From assembly GCA_951406725.2 (NCBI GenBank), contig OX597837.1, positions 40,548,001-40,612,000 of the forward strand: DNA of 64,000 bases, read 5' to 3'. The position numbers were made by a program, and so were the translations under genes. The first letter of the stretch is position 1. Each line of letters starts with the position of its first letter. The notes beneath the pieces are model-generated. The model saw only the letters and a list, made by a program, of their open reading frames with translations, was not told where the DNA came from and made no database searches. This stretch comes from Octopus vulgaris (Eukaryota). Of this stretch, positions 29,397-45,689 are shown piece after piece.

Positions 29397-30158
29397 GTGT
29401 ATGGATGCATGTAAGCGCATGCATAAACGCGTACCTACGTTCGTTGATGCACATTTTCACATGTCTAATTGTGATAGGAAATATCTTTTATACTTAGCCT
29501 GTAGTAAAGTACACACACATTAAACATATACAGTCACACATAATACACACACACACACACATATATATATATGTATATATATACAGACACACACAGACAC
29601 GTGTATATACACGTATAGATGCATAAATACAAGCAGACAGACACATACAAATATACACCTGTTCATGTATAGCAGATGCCAGCAGCCAGAAACGATGTGA
29701 CGATGTGGAGACAATACCATTGAAGGGAGAGATTGAAGAGAAAGGAGAAGGGAGATGGAGAAGGAGAGAGAAAGACAGCGAGTCAGAGAGAGAGAGAGAG
29801 AGAGGGAGAAACAGACTGTGGGGGTGGGGGAGATGGGAAGAGAGAGAGAGAATGAGAAAGTCTGTGTGTGTGAAAGGTATTGTGAAGTCCAGAAAAAGCA
29901 ATGTCGTCGTCGTAGTAGTAGTAGTAGTAGTAGTAGAAGTGGTGATGGCAGTGGTAGTCATGGTGGTGATGGCTGTTGTTGTGGTGGTGGTAGTGTTTGC
30001 AGTAGTGATGTTCGTGATAGTAGTATAAGTGGTAGCGGCAGTAGCAGCAGCAGCAGTAGTAGTAGTAGTAGTAGTAGTAGCAGCAGTGGTAGCAGTAGTA
30101 GTAGTAGTAGTAGCAGCAGTACAGCAGCAATAGTAGTAGTAGTAGCAGCAGCAGTAGC

Positions 30159-30228
<70 letters not shown>

Positions 30229-30695
30229 AAGACTAGCTGAGAAAATATGAAGGGTCGTAGAAACGATTCTGAAAGTACGTTTGAAATTTTGTTGTTGATA
30301 TTCTTTTTCTTGAGTCAGTTTTGTGTGTAGGAGGAGTGTGTGTGTGTGTTGGGGGGAGGGGCGGTTGTCTTCGAGAAAATTCGATGTAAATTGTTTCTAG
30401 AAAGATTTGCGTAGGCGAGCATAAAAGTGGATCTGGACTTAACACTCGATATTCGAATGATTGTGATATCGCTTTTGTTTAAATATGGTTTCCTATATTT
30501 GAAACCCACACACATACAAACACACTCACACACACACACACACACACATGCACACACATACGGATACGGAAACATACACATACACTCATATACGCCACAC
30601 ACACACTCACGCACGCACATACACACACAGACATTCTGTAAGGGGATTTTTGCCGACCGAAATGCTAATAGTGCGCGGAAGTAAACAAATTGAAG

Positions 30696-30780
<85 letters not shown>

Positions 30781-30787
30781 GTATATA

Positions 30788-30990
30788 AGGAGAATTCACA
30801 AAAACAAAAACAAAAAGACGAAGACAGGTGGTGTAGACAACAAACAGATGTATTAGTATAACGATTCGAAAAAACGCTTTAACGATTCGAGCCTACGGTC
30901 TTACACAGAAAAGAACGGAGAAAGAAATAAGGAGAGGAAATACAGAATGTGTGGTGGCTAGCGATCTATCATGGCGAATGCCGGACAGAG
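30788..30990 (-). mobile_element. Decayed family 1b element
   Basis: Reverse complement of the 57820-58030 element, with an eroded hammerhead at about 30877-30912. Confidence 0.6.
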
Positions 30991-31451
30991 GGGTTACACA
31001 GGAGAGCTAGGAAGAAGGGGAGATAATAAAGTAGTGGTGATCCCAAAACCGAAGGTGCGCGTGCGTATGTATAAGAGAGCATGTATGTGCGTGTGGAAGA
31101 GGGCTGGTGACCTTGACGTGTGCGTGTGTGTATGTGTAGATGTGTGGATGATGGTGTGGGGCTGGGAAGTGGTCAGTGCTAGTGTGTGCATGGTGGTGTG
31201 ATGTGATGTGGTGTTGTGTGGTATGGAGGTGTATGGTGTGGTGGTGTGTGGTTGTATTGGGATATGGGGGAGGCGAGACTGGGGGTAGAGGTGGGGTATG
31301 TCAGAGTGAGTGTAAGGGGTGGGGTGGGGGTGGGATGGGATGAATAGGGAAGGCGAGGTTGGATTTTGTAAGGGTGGGGTTACGAGGGAGGGGTAACGAT
31401 GAAGGGAGAGGGGTAAATATATTTTCTTTTGTTAAAAATCCTTTTAAAATC

Positions 31452-31488
<37 letters not shown>

Positions 31489-31872
31489 CAACTATAACAT
31501 TCTCAAAGCGAAAGCCCTCAAATTCAAATACTTAAAAGTTGTTAATCATAGTACCAATTACTAAATAACTAAAGTGTAAAGCATCTCGTATATCCAAAAA
31601 TTAACACAAAGCCCTACATTCTTTCTACAACTAAGTCTGAAAACTACTTTTATCCTTATAAATGTTCATTAAAGTAGTGGTTTGGTATTTTAAAAATCTT
31701 CTTGAAAATTTGTCCAAAAAGAATTCAACAGAAAAAAAAACAATACTATACTTTATATAAAAACAAAGTTATATTCTCAAATAAGATTCCTTGAAGCTTG
31801 TTAATTTCTAAAGAATGCCTTTGGTTAAGATAAACTGGGAACAAGAAGAGGAGGGACTGAATGAAAAAGCAA

Positions 31873-31903
<31 letters not shown>

Positions 31904-33119
31904 AGTGTATGTATGTATGTATGTATATATCTATGTGTGTGTGTGTCTTTGCGTCATCACTTGACGACCGGTGTTGGTGTGTTTGCCTCACTGTAACTTA
32001 TTCTGTAACGGACAGAATAAGAACTATGCTTTAAAAATATGTACTGGGGTTTATCTGTTCGACTAAAAACAATTCCAGGCTGTGCTCCAGCATGGCTGCA
32101 GTCAAATGGAAAAGACCAGAATAGACTTCAATACCCTTATTGGAGATCCCTGCCATGAAATACATTGGGAATTTATTAATGCAGGGATTTGCACTCCCAC
32201 CCTATTCTGACGGAGTGCCCCGAATTTTCCGACTCAGAGGGCTCGTCACTCAGTTTTCATGGCACATGAATGATCGAGAACACAACATTCTGTCTCATGG
32301 TTCCTCATTTGCAGATGAGTGAACTGCGGTAACGTTAAATGATGTATTGCATTTAAAAACACAACACAGCTCACTCCCTGGGAATCGAAACTAGGACCTC
32401 GTGATCGTGAGTGAAACATCCTAATCACCAGGCCATGAATCTTCCGACGTTCGTATCATGGACATGTGAAAATTTATTTATTTCTCATGAATTTGCGTTT
32501 AATATTTGTTTATCTTTTACTTTTTTTCAATCTTTCTTGTCAAAATAAATTGAATATATTAAATATATAATTTTATTTTGTTAAAAATCCTTTTAAAATC
32601 ATTTAAAAATCTTCGTAAGATTTTTAGCTGAAGGGATACGTTTCTTGATGAAAAGAAAAATCCATAAAAATTTATTATCGTAATTTGTGTTTGGAAACAG
32701 GGTTTATAAACCAGCTGACAAAGGATCCCATTTTTCATCCGTTTGCAAAAAGAATAAACAAAAACAAAACTATATATAACAATAATAAATAATAAAATAT
32801 ATAAATATGTCGTTTATAATTATGAAAAATCAAATCAGTTTTGAAATAAAAAGAGAAGACAAGAGAACGTGGAAGAAGAACAAACAAACGGCGTATTTGA
32901 AGAGTTAAAATATTTCAGCAACTAAAATATTCTGCCATCAATATAACAATGTATAATTTATATTTCTCTTCTTTTGCGCGGATTCTATAGGAACTAATTA
33001 TATTTCTGTAAATTTTGTCGAAATAATCTTTACTGCATCAACGTACGAAATAAACTTCCATTTTGTATTTTTTTTTTCTCCTTTCATTGTTATTTGATTC
33101 ACGCAAATAATATAATATT

Positions 33120-33950
33120 CATGCATGTATGCATGTATGTATGCATGTATGTATGTATGTATGTATGTATGTATGTATGTATGTATGTATGTATGTATGT
33201 ATGTATGTATGTATGCATGTATGTATGCATGCATGCATGTATGTATGTATGTATGTATGTATATATGTATGTATGCATGCATGTATGTATGTATGTATGT
33301 ATGCATGTATGTATGCATGTATGTACGTATGTATATATCTATGTATGTATGTATCAATGTATGTATGCATGTATGTATGTATGTATGAATGTATGTATGT
33401 ATGTATGTACTATATTCATACATACATAAATACATACATAAATACATACATACATACATACATACATATGTGTGTGTGTATATAAACATATGGGTGCTCT
33501 TCATTGATATACACATTCACAGCCTGATACGTAGATTCAAGAATATATATATATATTCGCGCTACACATATACATATACATATACACATGTATGTATGTA
33601 TGTATGTATGTATGTATGTATGTGTGTATGTATGTGTGTATGTATGTGTGTGTATGTATGTATATACATATACATATGTATGTATATATATACATATGTA
33701 TGTATGCATACATACATTCATACATACATACATATGTATATATGTAAGCATATATGTAACATATGTATGTATGTGTCTATGTATGTATATACGCATGTAT
33801 GTAATATGCACATTCATAAATACATGTATACATACATATATATATATTTGCGCTACACACACGCACACACAAAAATATATATGTGCTTACGTATGTAATT
33901 ATATATATATATATGTCTGTGTGTTTGGTTGTGTGTATGTGTGTGTATAC
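33120..33950. repeat. Compound (TATG)n/(TACA)n microsatellite field
   Basis: Visible directly. Comparable fields lie at 1115-1660, 18725-19065, 34495-34845, 40830-41270, 48440-48820, 55290-55815 and 60450-60840. Confidence 0.95.
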
Positions 33951-34325
33951 AAGCTCGCTTCAGTACGTAGTACAACATTGATGTAACAACGCAATGACAA
34001 CAGAACCTCCTGATTTATTACGGATATTGTGTTCCATACATAATAACGTGACGCAGTATGATATAAGGCATTATTGTATCAGACCGTATTGTGTTTTGGT
34101 TCGCGAAAATTGCAATTATACTGATGTAATGAAAAACAGTTTTTTAAGGAACATTGTAAATATCAGAAGCAGATTGCTAGGTTGTGGAGTATGCCGTTAC
34201 AATGCATTATGCAGATAAGCTCTCTCTCTATACATTATCTTTGCATAAATATATATTCATAAATGACTAATGGGGGATGTTGTAAAAAAAACAAAAAAAC
34301 TTGTGATATTGTTTAGGACAATGCA

Positions 34326-34364
<39 letters not shown>

Positions 34365-34368
34365 TATA

Positions 34369-34494
34369 CCGGAGTAAGCACATAGATGTGAAACAAGGTG
34401 GAAAAAAGAGTACTCAAATACCAGAGGTAGAGTAATATGCTTTAACAAAACCGTCCGACGAACGGACGAACGGACAGTTTTGTTTTCAAATAAA

Positions 34495-34495
<1 letters not shown>
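34369..34495 (-). mobile_element. Rearranged family 3 element between (TA)n tracts
   Basis: Same 3' block as 42987-43063, then a hairpin AACAAAACCGTCCG...CGGACAGTTTTGTT built from hammerhead-flank sequence. Confidence 0.55.
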
Positions 34496-34547
<52 letters not shown>

Positions 34548-34587
34548 TGTATATATATGTATGTATGTATATATATGTATACATATA

Positions 34588-34621
<34 letters not shown>

Positions 34622-34663
34622 CATATATGTATATATATATATATGTATATATATATATGTATG

Positions 34664-34730
<67 letters not shown>

Positions 34731-34741
34731 ATATATATATG

Positions 34742-34796
<55 letters not shown>

Positions 34797-35233
34797 ATAT
34801 ATATGTATATATATATGTATATATATATATGTATATATATGTGTGTGTAAACCTTGCTTCCCAACAACATAATCCATGGTTCAGTCTCACTGTTTTGCCA
34901 CTTGGGCAAGTGTCTTCTACTATAACCTCGGGTCGCAACAGTATCAACGACACCGCTAACAACGACAACTACCACAATGGCAACACCATCGGTGAACCCA
35001 CAAACACAGAGGGATACAGGAACTGTACCAAATGTTCGGGTCCTAGGACAACAGCAGCACAACGGGGTGAAAGAAAGGGGCTGAGGGGATGGTCATGCTG
35101 CTGCTAATAACAATGACACACACAAGCATACACACACATAAACCCGGATGCAAACGCACGCACACATAAGGATACACGTCATAGAAGAGCAGAACTGAGT
35201 AAGTGGAGCAACAGTACACACGAAAGCAGAAAG

Positions 35234-35277
35234 TATCGCTGAAGAGGTCACAGATGTGTGACGAAAGATTTCTGGAA
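35234..35277 (+). ncRNA. Probable decayed hammerhead motif
   Basis: TATCG-CTGAAGA-G-GTCACA gatg TGTGAC-GAAA-GATT-TC-TGG. The core and 6-bp stem II are good; stems I and III are weak. Confidence 0.5.
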
Positions 35278-35449
35278 AATGGACAAGAGTTAAAATAAGA
35301 ATAATAACTAAAGAGGGAAGAATAAATAGAAGTACGTGAGTTTATTTGGCAAAAAAAAAAAAAAAGAAAATTGCCATCCCGAAATAAAACAATATCAGTT
35401 TCAACACACGATTTCACATCAGGAGTCTTCCAACACAAATTCACAAACG

Positions 35450-35520
<71 letters not shown>

Positions 35521-35846
35521 GTGTGTGTGTGTGAGTGTGTATGTGTGTGTGTGTCTGTGTCTGTGTCTGTTTACACATATATATATATATGTAAATGTAT
35601 ATGTATTTATATACATGTGCAAGCTTTATTTTGTTTATTTGGAGCTCTACCTCAATTATATATATATACCAAATTCATTTATAAGTTATTGGTCACTCTG
35701 CAGCTGTGAGAGAATACACTCCTCGAAGGTGCCACGCATTCGGCTTGAAATCGAAGCATCGCGGTTGCAAAGCGAGCTTTTAAACCACACTGCCATGGCT
35801 GCAGGGAATGTACATCCATATCTTTGTATATGTGAGTGCATGTATG

Positions 35847-35878
<32 letters not shown>

Positions 35879-35915
35879 TGTATGTATGTATGTATGTATG
35901 TATGTATGTATGTAC

Positions 35916-35957
<42 letters not shown>

Positions 35958-35959
<2 letters not shown>

Positions 35960-36165
35960 GACCGCGTGTGTATCGTTGGCGATTTTTTTCCTCCGTCTTC
36001 CCTTCCTTGGATCTTACCTTCTCCTATGTTTCTGACAAAGAGCTCCGCTCGAAACGTTAAATCCTCCTTCTTTTGTTTCCTTTTCTCTTTCTTTCCTTTC
36101 CTATACGTGATCCACGTCCTTGCGTTGTTGTGTTTTCTCTTTGTTTGTGTTTTCATGTTTGGATC

Positions 36166-36168
<3 letters not shown>
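35958..36168 (+). mobile_element. Penelope pLTR-like element, family 1
   Basis: Full unit with (TA)n on both sides. Confidence 0.7.
36027..36063 (+). ncRNA. Decayed hammerhead motif (family 1; G8 to A)
   Basis: TGTTT-CTGACAA-A-GAGC tcc GCTC-GAAA-CG-TT-AAA. Confidence 0.65.
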
Positions 36169-36221
<53 letters not shown>

Positions 36222-36354
36222 GAGTGTATTTTTACCTTGTTAACAATTAACACGGAAAAAATAAATAAATAGTTACCAGGGTAGCAAAAATCTCACAAGT
36301 ACAAATCCATCATTTTTTGCTAAAATGTCTTATTGACGAGTTTCGTTTTTTTCC

Positions 36355-36438
36355 CTTTCCTGAGGAGAAGATTGCATTGTTTATACCATTTATTCTTTTG
36401 AATAGTATCAGTGGAATTTTCGAAACATGTATCGAAAG
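36355..36438 (+). ncRNA. Type I hammerhead with extended stem II (family 2)
   Basis: CTTTC-CTGAGGA-GAAGATT...AATTTTC-GAAA-CATGTA-TC-GAAAG. Confidence 0.75.
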
Positions 36439-36520
36439 TAAAAATATTTGATTACACCTGCGTTAACTTCATTTTTTATTCATATATATATATATATATA
36501 TATATGTTCCATTCTAGCAA

Positions 36521-36566
36521 AAACTGTCTGATGAACGGCAACGAGAAACTCAGAGTAACAGATTTT
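36521..36566 (+). ncRNA. Type I hammerhead motif (family 3)
   Basis: AAACTGT-CTGATGA-ACG gcaa CGA-GAAA-CTCAGAG-TA-ACAG. One mismatch at the base of stem II. Confidence 0.75.
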
Positions 36567-36593
36567 GTTGATTTTTCTGCTGCTTAAAATAAA

Positions 36594-36649
<56 letters not shown>

Positions 36650-37137
36650 GTAGATAGTCTTGCTTGGATACGGACACACACACACAATCACACGCATGCA
36701 TCGACATTTTATTTAGCGCTGACGAATTATATTTTTATATTAGTAAATGAGAATCTGCCATAACTAGAAATATCTTACATACCGCTGTTCCTCATTAAAT
36801 CTAATGCAAACATCATTTAATTGTTGCTGTCAAAATAACAAAACGTCTGATTACTGCTAATCTAATTAACAATTGTCATTGAAACTGGTGGAGTAAAATA
36901 TGTTTTATAATTTTCAACCAACAGGAAGCTTGGAAATGCAGTGTGGGATTGATTTGGGTTTAGGTTGCGTGGTTATACTCCATCTAGCGGTTGATGTGTA
37001 AGGTAACGTCTCTTGTTTACAATATCTCCTTTATTTGGTGTGGTACTGTTGTGGAAGGATTTCGATCCCCCCCACCACCACATCGCCAAGTGACCGAAAG
37101 TGGCCTGACATTGTTATAAATTACAGTCAGGCAGACG

Positions 37138-37192
<55 letters not shown>

Positions 37193-37257
37193 GGACGGAC
37201 GGATGGATGGATGGATAGGTAGACGGACGGACGGAAGAACGGACTGACGGATGATGG

Positions 37258-38596
<1,339 letters not shown>

Positions 38597-38729
38597 AGCT
38601 AAAGTTCAATGTAAATTTAAACTTTAAAAGAATTGATATTAGACTCTCACCCATCAAGTTCTTTCCAGAATTTATACATAGTAATACATACACACAAACA
38701 CACACGTGCCACACACCTTCACACACACA

Positions 38730-38780
<51 letters not shown>

Positions 38781-39165
38781 CATATATATATATGGTATAT
38801 ATTTATGTGTGTCTAAATTTTAATGAGTCAATATTACTAGTGTCAGCGCTGTTACAAAGTTCATGTGCAATATTAAATTCAAAATTTAAAGTTTTAATAA
38901 TCTTATAATTAAGTTCTACGTATACGATAAAGCTAATCATTAAAGAACATTTAGTCGACTTTTATAGCCGTCTATCAACATCTTTATAATAAGTTTAGAT
39001 TTTCATAAAATTTAATTATTAATTCAAATTTATTCATTTCTAGTAACGTATAAAAACTTCTGCGTTGCGTACACTCAGATGAGAGTCTCTCTCTGTGTCT
39101 CTCTCTCTCTCACTCTCTCTGTTCCTCTCTCTTTCTCTCTCTTGCTGTTTCTGTCTCACTACATA

Positions 39166-39197
<32 letters not shown>

Positions 39198-39317
39198 CAT
39201 GCATATGTATATATGTGTATATATATATATTTAGCCACGCACACACAAACGCTCTCACATAAACATATAGATACACATTGATGCATGCATGTAAGCACAA
39301 TCACATTTATATAAGTA

Positions 39318-39379
<62 letters not shown>

Positions 39380-39580
39380 AGAATGAACAAAACGGAATGC
39401 ACTTGGAACTAGAGATAAATGATAGATAAACGTGTGTGTGTGTATATGCACACCCGTGTGTGTGCAGATGCAATATGCTTATCTGCACATCTCATCCGTG
39501 AGCTACAAGTGCGACAATGAGTCGAAACAATCACAATAGTTTTCAGTAAGGAATCTCATGAATTCCATTTTCCATCTCTC

Positions 39581-39656
<76 letters not shown>

Positions 39657-40395
39657 GTCTATCTATCTATCTCTGCGTCTATCTATAGGCTTTTCTTTCC
39701 ACGGGTAAACCTCACCTGTCTCCCCCTTTACACTTTATATTGACATTTCCGTGATAACGATCCCTATTGATCGATTTTTTCTTTTTCCTTTTATTTTTAC
39801 ACCCCCACCCTTTTGCTTTTGCTTTTGCTTTCCTCTTTCTTTCCTTTTACGATCCCCTTTGATCGAAAACCAAACCCCCTTTTTTTATCCCCAAAAGAAA
39901 AGCTCCACCTTGTAATTTGTCCCGTCTGTGTGCACCCCTGTGTGGCTAATAAAGAAACCTATCTATCTATCTATCTATCTATCAATTCATCCATCCATCC
40001 ATCCATCCACCCGTCCATCCATCCATCCATCCATCCACCCGTCCATCCATCATCCATCCACCCATCCACCCATCTATCCATCCATCCATCCATCCATCCA
40101 TAATTATTCTCTTAAACCTGAAAAACACAGGTATGTGTTTTCATCCCTGTTGGGGAACTACGCTGATTTGCAATGAAGTGATAAAGATGGACCCTTCTTC
40201 CTGCATCTGTAAAAAGAGCTTACCACCCACGCTAACACAAACCATTATTCCATCGTTTAATTTTCCATCAGGTACTTTACCTTTTTGGACTAAGACTAGC
40301 CATGATATGCACCTGCAATTAAGATTTTAAAATATCAAGTGTTGCATTGTCTAACAGACGCAAATATTTACTGAAACAAGTAAAAGAATAAAAGC

Positions 40396-40525
<130 letters not shown>

Positions 40526-41718
40526 GGATAGATAGATTAATAGGTAGATTGATAGATTAATTGATAGATAGATGTTTATATAAATAAACATACATATATA
40601 AGAATATATATACGTACATATGTTCCTAACGTACCCTGGATATGACCAACACCATTAGAAATCGAGTCTCTCCGCGGGTTTCTTTTTCACATTATCAGTC
40701 AATACTTAGTTTTCACATATAATACCTAACACATATTTGGGTTTGTGTGTGTGTGTGTGTACTATAATCTATTTTATATCATATACTATACAGTAATGCA
40801 GATACACACACTATATATCCAAATGTATACATACATACATACATATATACATACATACATACATGCACACATACATACACACATACATACATACACACAT
40901 ACATACATACATACATATATACATACATACATACATGCACACATACATACACACATACATACATACATACCTACATACATACATACATATATACATACAT
41001 ACATACATGCACACATACATACACACATACATACATACACACATACATACATACATACATACATACACATATACATACACACATACATATATACATACAT
41101 ACACACATACACACACACACACATACATACATGCATACATACATGCATACATACATACATACATACATACACACATACATATACACACATACATACACAC
41201 ATACATACATACATACATACATACACACATTTATACATACATATACATACATATACACACATATATATATTTACATATTACATGGTGGCAAATGGAAATT
41301 CATTTTTTAGCAGAAAGAGGTTCTCAAACCGCTGTAAATAGAACAATGCCTCACGAAATAGATTTACCAATTCTTCTCCACGCGGAGACTTTACAAGAAT
41401 CTCCTGAGACGTCTACATATGTATTCTTCGTACGATTTATCTTCAGCATTAAAATCTCATAAAACTCATAGAATTCTTGATTTATGGGCACACATAAAAA
41501 TGGCACTAAAATCTAATTGATCATACATACAAATACGCACGTACATACGTATATATATATATATTTGTGTGTGTGTGTATGTATATATATAAGCGTGCAT
41601 ATGTGTCTGTGAGTATATATATATATATATGTATATGCATACATATGTATGTATATACATGCATCCAGACACACACATATATATATATACATATACATAC
41701 GTGCATAGATATATACGT

Positions 41719-41900
41719 AACTGCACGTGGACTGTTGGCGATTGTTCCATATTTTTCTTTCTTTCTTTTTGAATTTTCATGTTTCCGACGAAGAGCTAAG
41801 CTCGAAACATTAACAGCAACTCACACCCTTCACCGAGCGTCAAACTCATATATTTCTTGTGCACGTCCTCACATTGGTTTTTTTATTTCTTTTTTCTGTT
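41719..41900 (+). mobile_element. Decayed family 1 element
   Basis: TGTTGGCGATT, the hammerhead, GAGCGTC and CACGTCCTC blocks occur in the same order as in the other copies. Confidence 0.55.
41780..41815 (+). ncRNA. Decayed hammerhead motif (family 1; U4 to C)
   Basis: TGTTT-CCGACGA-A-GAGC taa GCTC-GAAA-CA-TT-AACA. Confidence 0.6.
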
Positions 41901-41977
41901 TTATATATGCTTATATATATGTATGTATCTATGTATGTATGTATGCACGGATATTTAAATGTATATGTATATCGCTT

Positions 41978-42124
<147 letters not shown>

Positions 42125-42145
42125 AAAGTCAGAATGCGATAAAAT

Positions 42146-42307
<162 letters not shown>

Positions 42308-42622
42308 ATGTTTGTGTGTGTCTATGAGTTTCTGTATGTGTGTATGTGTGTATGGATATATATGTAAGTATAATTACTGTATGCACTAGACATCTACTTT
42401 ATAGAAACACCTGCGAGGAATTCGTCTGGTGTTTCTTGTAAGGAATCGTCTTTGAAGCAAAAATGTCTGTGTGGCCAATTGGCACATCTTTATAACCACT
42501 TAGCTAAAGCTTTCATCCCGACAAAGTATGAAGACGTTCCTTATACAACGTAGTTGCACTAACGAATGAAGTGGAATATGGCTGCCTCAAAATGTGCGAA
42601 AATCCATTATATGTATATATAT

Positions 42623-42763
<141 letters not shown>

Positions 42764-42798
42764 TCGAATTTGTGTGAATGTGTATAGAATAATATATC

Positions 42799-42953
42799 AG
42801 TGGAATAAAGTTAAAACATAATCTGGTTTTCACATATTCTGTTTTTTTATTATGGAATTTTAACAAAATTCGCGTCTTATATTGCGTTATGAGTATAGTG
42901 TACTCATAACGTAATATAAAACGTGTAAACCAGGCTATGTTTTAACTTTATTC

Positions 42954-42957
<4 letters not shown>
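42799..42957. repeat. Fold-back hairpin with a one-sided ~37-nt bulge
   Basis: Outer stem GAATAAAGTTAAAACATA / TATGTTTTAACTTTATTC. Inner stem TTATATTGCGTTATGAGTA tagtg TACTCATAACGTAATATAA. Confidence 0.85.
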
Positions 42958-42986
<29 letters not shown>

Positions 42987-42989
<3 letters not shown>

Positions 42990-43165
42990 CGGAGTAAGCA
43001 CATAAATGCAAAATAAGGTGGAAAAAATAGTACTCGAATACCAGAGGTAGAGTAATATGCTTTATATTAAAGCAGCAGAAATATCACAAAAACCGTGACT
43101 CAGAGGTTCACGTTCCGTTCGTTGGGTAGTTCTTTTTAGAATCCTAAACAAAACTGTCCGACCCG
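42987..43165 (-). mobile_element. pLTR-like element, family 3
   Basis: GGAGTAAGCACATA...GTACTC...TACCAGAGGTAGAGTAATATGCTTTA is shared with 34369-34495. Both abut (TA)n. Confidence 0.6.
43091..43131 (-). ncRNA. Decayed hammerhead motif (family 3)
   Basis: Reverse strand AACTAC-CCAACGA-ACG gaa CGT-GAAC-CTCTGAG-TC-ACGGTT. The downstream flank matches that of the 36521 copy. Confidence 0.55.
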
Positions 43166-43709
43166 AAGTCTAATGAGGAATGTCTTTGCATTTGAGCAAT
43201 TCCATTGTCTAAAAGACAAATATTTATCGAAGAAGAAGAAATAGTCAACTATTGAGATGCTTATATCAGAGTTTTCCTTGTCGATGAATGACGTCTACAG
43301 AAAGACTAGGGATCGCTTACTCTCATCAGTTGGATGGCCATTGACTGCTATTTAATAGGTATTGTTTTTCCTCCAGTAGGGTGTCCAATGAAAACCACTC
43401 TCCTTACCAAGAAGGCTCTGGGAGCTCTGCCGGTTTAGTCGGGGACAGCCGGGTTATGCGATAAGCTGTGCTGGGTTATGTGTTACCAGTAGTACTAAGA
43501 GGAACGTGATATGCACACACATATACATATATCCACATGCATACACACACACATCATATAGATATATTCATACACGCACAGATACATACACACACAGATT
43601 GCTTGTATGCATGAATATATATATATATATATGTGTATGTGTGTGTGTGTGTGTGTGTTTGTGTGTGTATGTGTGTGTGTGTGTGTGTGTGTATGTGTTT
43701 GTGTGTGAA

Positions 43710-43905
43710 GGCGGCGAGCTGGCTGAAACGTTAGTACGTCGGGCGAAATGCTTAGCGGTATTTTGTCTGCCGCTACGTTCTGAGTTCAAATTCCGCCGAG
43801 GTCGACTTTGCCTTTCATCCTTTCGGGGTCGATGTAATTGACTTAATCCCTTTGTCTGTCCTTGTGTGTCCCCTCTGTGTTTAGCCCCTTGTGGGCAATA
43901 AAGAA
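43710..43905 (+). mobile_element. SINE group B
   Basis: Same head, core and tail as the 63265 copy. Confidence 0.85.
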
Positions 43906-45213
43906 ATATATATATGTATGTGTGGTGTGTGTGTCTATGTACATATTGGTAGCGTACTTGATGAGATAGAAGTATGGAAGTACACAGTATAGCAACAATA
44001 TAACTAAATATAGTCCACATATATACGTGTGTGTATATGTGTGCATATGTGTGTGTGTATCTAGTGTGTATACCATAGTTAAGTTATGTACATTTTTATA
44101 TACTTTCATCATAGCTAATACTTTTACAAACACACACACACACGTTATTCACATCAAATGAACATTTTATTGACATGACGATATTTTTTTTTCGAATCTA
44201 CATATCTGGGATTTGCAGGGATTATGAGAGACCGGATTAACTTGGCAGCTCATGTCACACATTGGCTGTGATTACCAAACTTCAACGAAGCATTACAAAA
44301 CATAATGACTTAAGGTTAGGATTTGGCAATCAAAATTTTTATGTTTCACGTAACATTAGCAAACACACACATTCACACACACACACACATTTAAAAACAC
44401 GCACAAAAACACACAAAACCACACAAACACGCACACATACCCGTACCCACAAACACACACACACACCCGTTCACAGAAGCATACAGAATCGGGAAAATTT
44501 TAACGAGTAAATAAGATATCATTTCCTTATTCATCAAAGCTATATATACTGAAGCACGTGCGTGCGTACATACACACGTATACACATGCACAAACACACA
44601 TGCGCACATTCATGTATACACATACGCACACACGCAAGCACAAACATACACACACACACGCACACACACATATACACATACACATAGATATACATAGGCA
44701 CATGTAAACACAGAGACACACACATACATACACGCATAGACATTCTCACACACATACACACATACACACAGACACACACATACACTCACACAAACACACA
44801 CTCACACACACATGGTGATGTCGGTGGTAGTCTTTCTCTGTGTTTTTGCTCATATTACCCATATTGCCCCGCTTAACAACCGTTGTACTGTTTTTTGAGT
44901 CCACGTAACTTAACAGTTCGTCAGAATGAAACGATAAAATCAGTACTAGCAGTTAAACAGATATACAAATACGGGGGTTGGTTTACTCGATTATCACTTG
45001 AAGGCGGTGCTCCAGATTGGTAGCAATCCATTGGCTGAAACAACTAAAATACTATATTTTCAAGACCGGCAGGATTTATCACTCGCTTGCAATAAGTATC
45101 GAGGGCGGAAAGCGCACTGAATAAATCAACTGGAGGATATGTCTCTTAGAAAACACCACCTATATATATATATATAAATGAAGTTAAACGCAGGGGTTAT
45201 TCAAATTCTTTTA

Positions 45214-45300
45214 CTTCCGACACATGTTTCGAGGATATTATTGATATTATTCCAAAGGAATACAGTGTTGTAAAACAATGTAAACTTCTCTTCAGGGAAA
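45214..45300 (-). ncRNA. Type I hammerhead with extended stem II (family 2)
   Basis: Reverse strand TTTCC-CTGAAGA-GAAG...CCTC-GAAA-CATGTG-TC-GGAAG. Flanks are homologous to 36315-36480. Confidence 0.75.
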
Positions 45301-45689
45301 TGAAGAAATAAAACTCGTCAATAAGGCATTTTAACAGAATGAGATGTATATGTATAGTAAAGAACTGAACCCAAATTATAATTATGCTTATAATTATAAA
45401 TTTTTTGTATATACATATATATAAAATATAAAATTATGAAGAAGCCTTAAGGATGCAGTGAGTATCAACCAAATACATTCACAAGTCTGTGGTCGGCCTC
45501 GGGCAACAATATAAGACATTTGTCCAATGTGCTGCGCAGTAGAACTGGGCCTGGAACCATGTGGCTACGAAGCAAGCTTCTTACTTCTGAGCCTATAGAA
45601 TTCTCGTATTTGTGTGTGTGTGTGTGTGTGTGTGTGTATTGTGAGTGAGTGAGATTGTGTTTCCATATATATTCCATTATTGCCCACGC

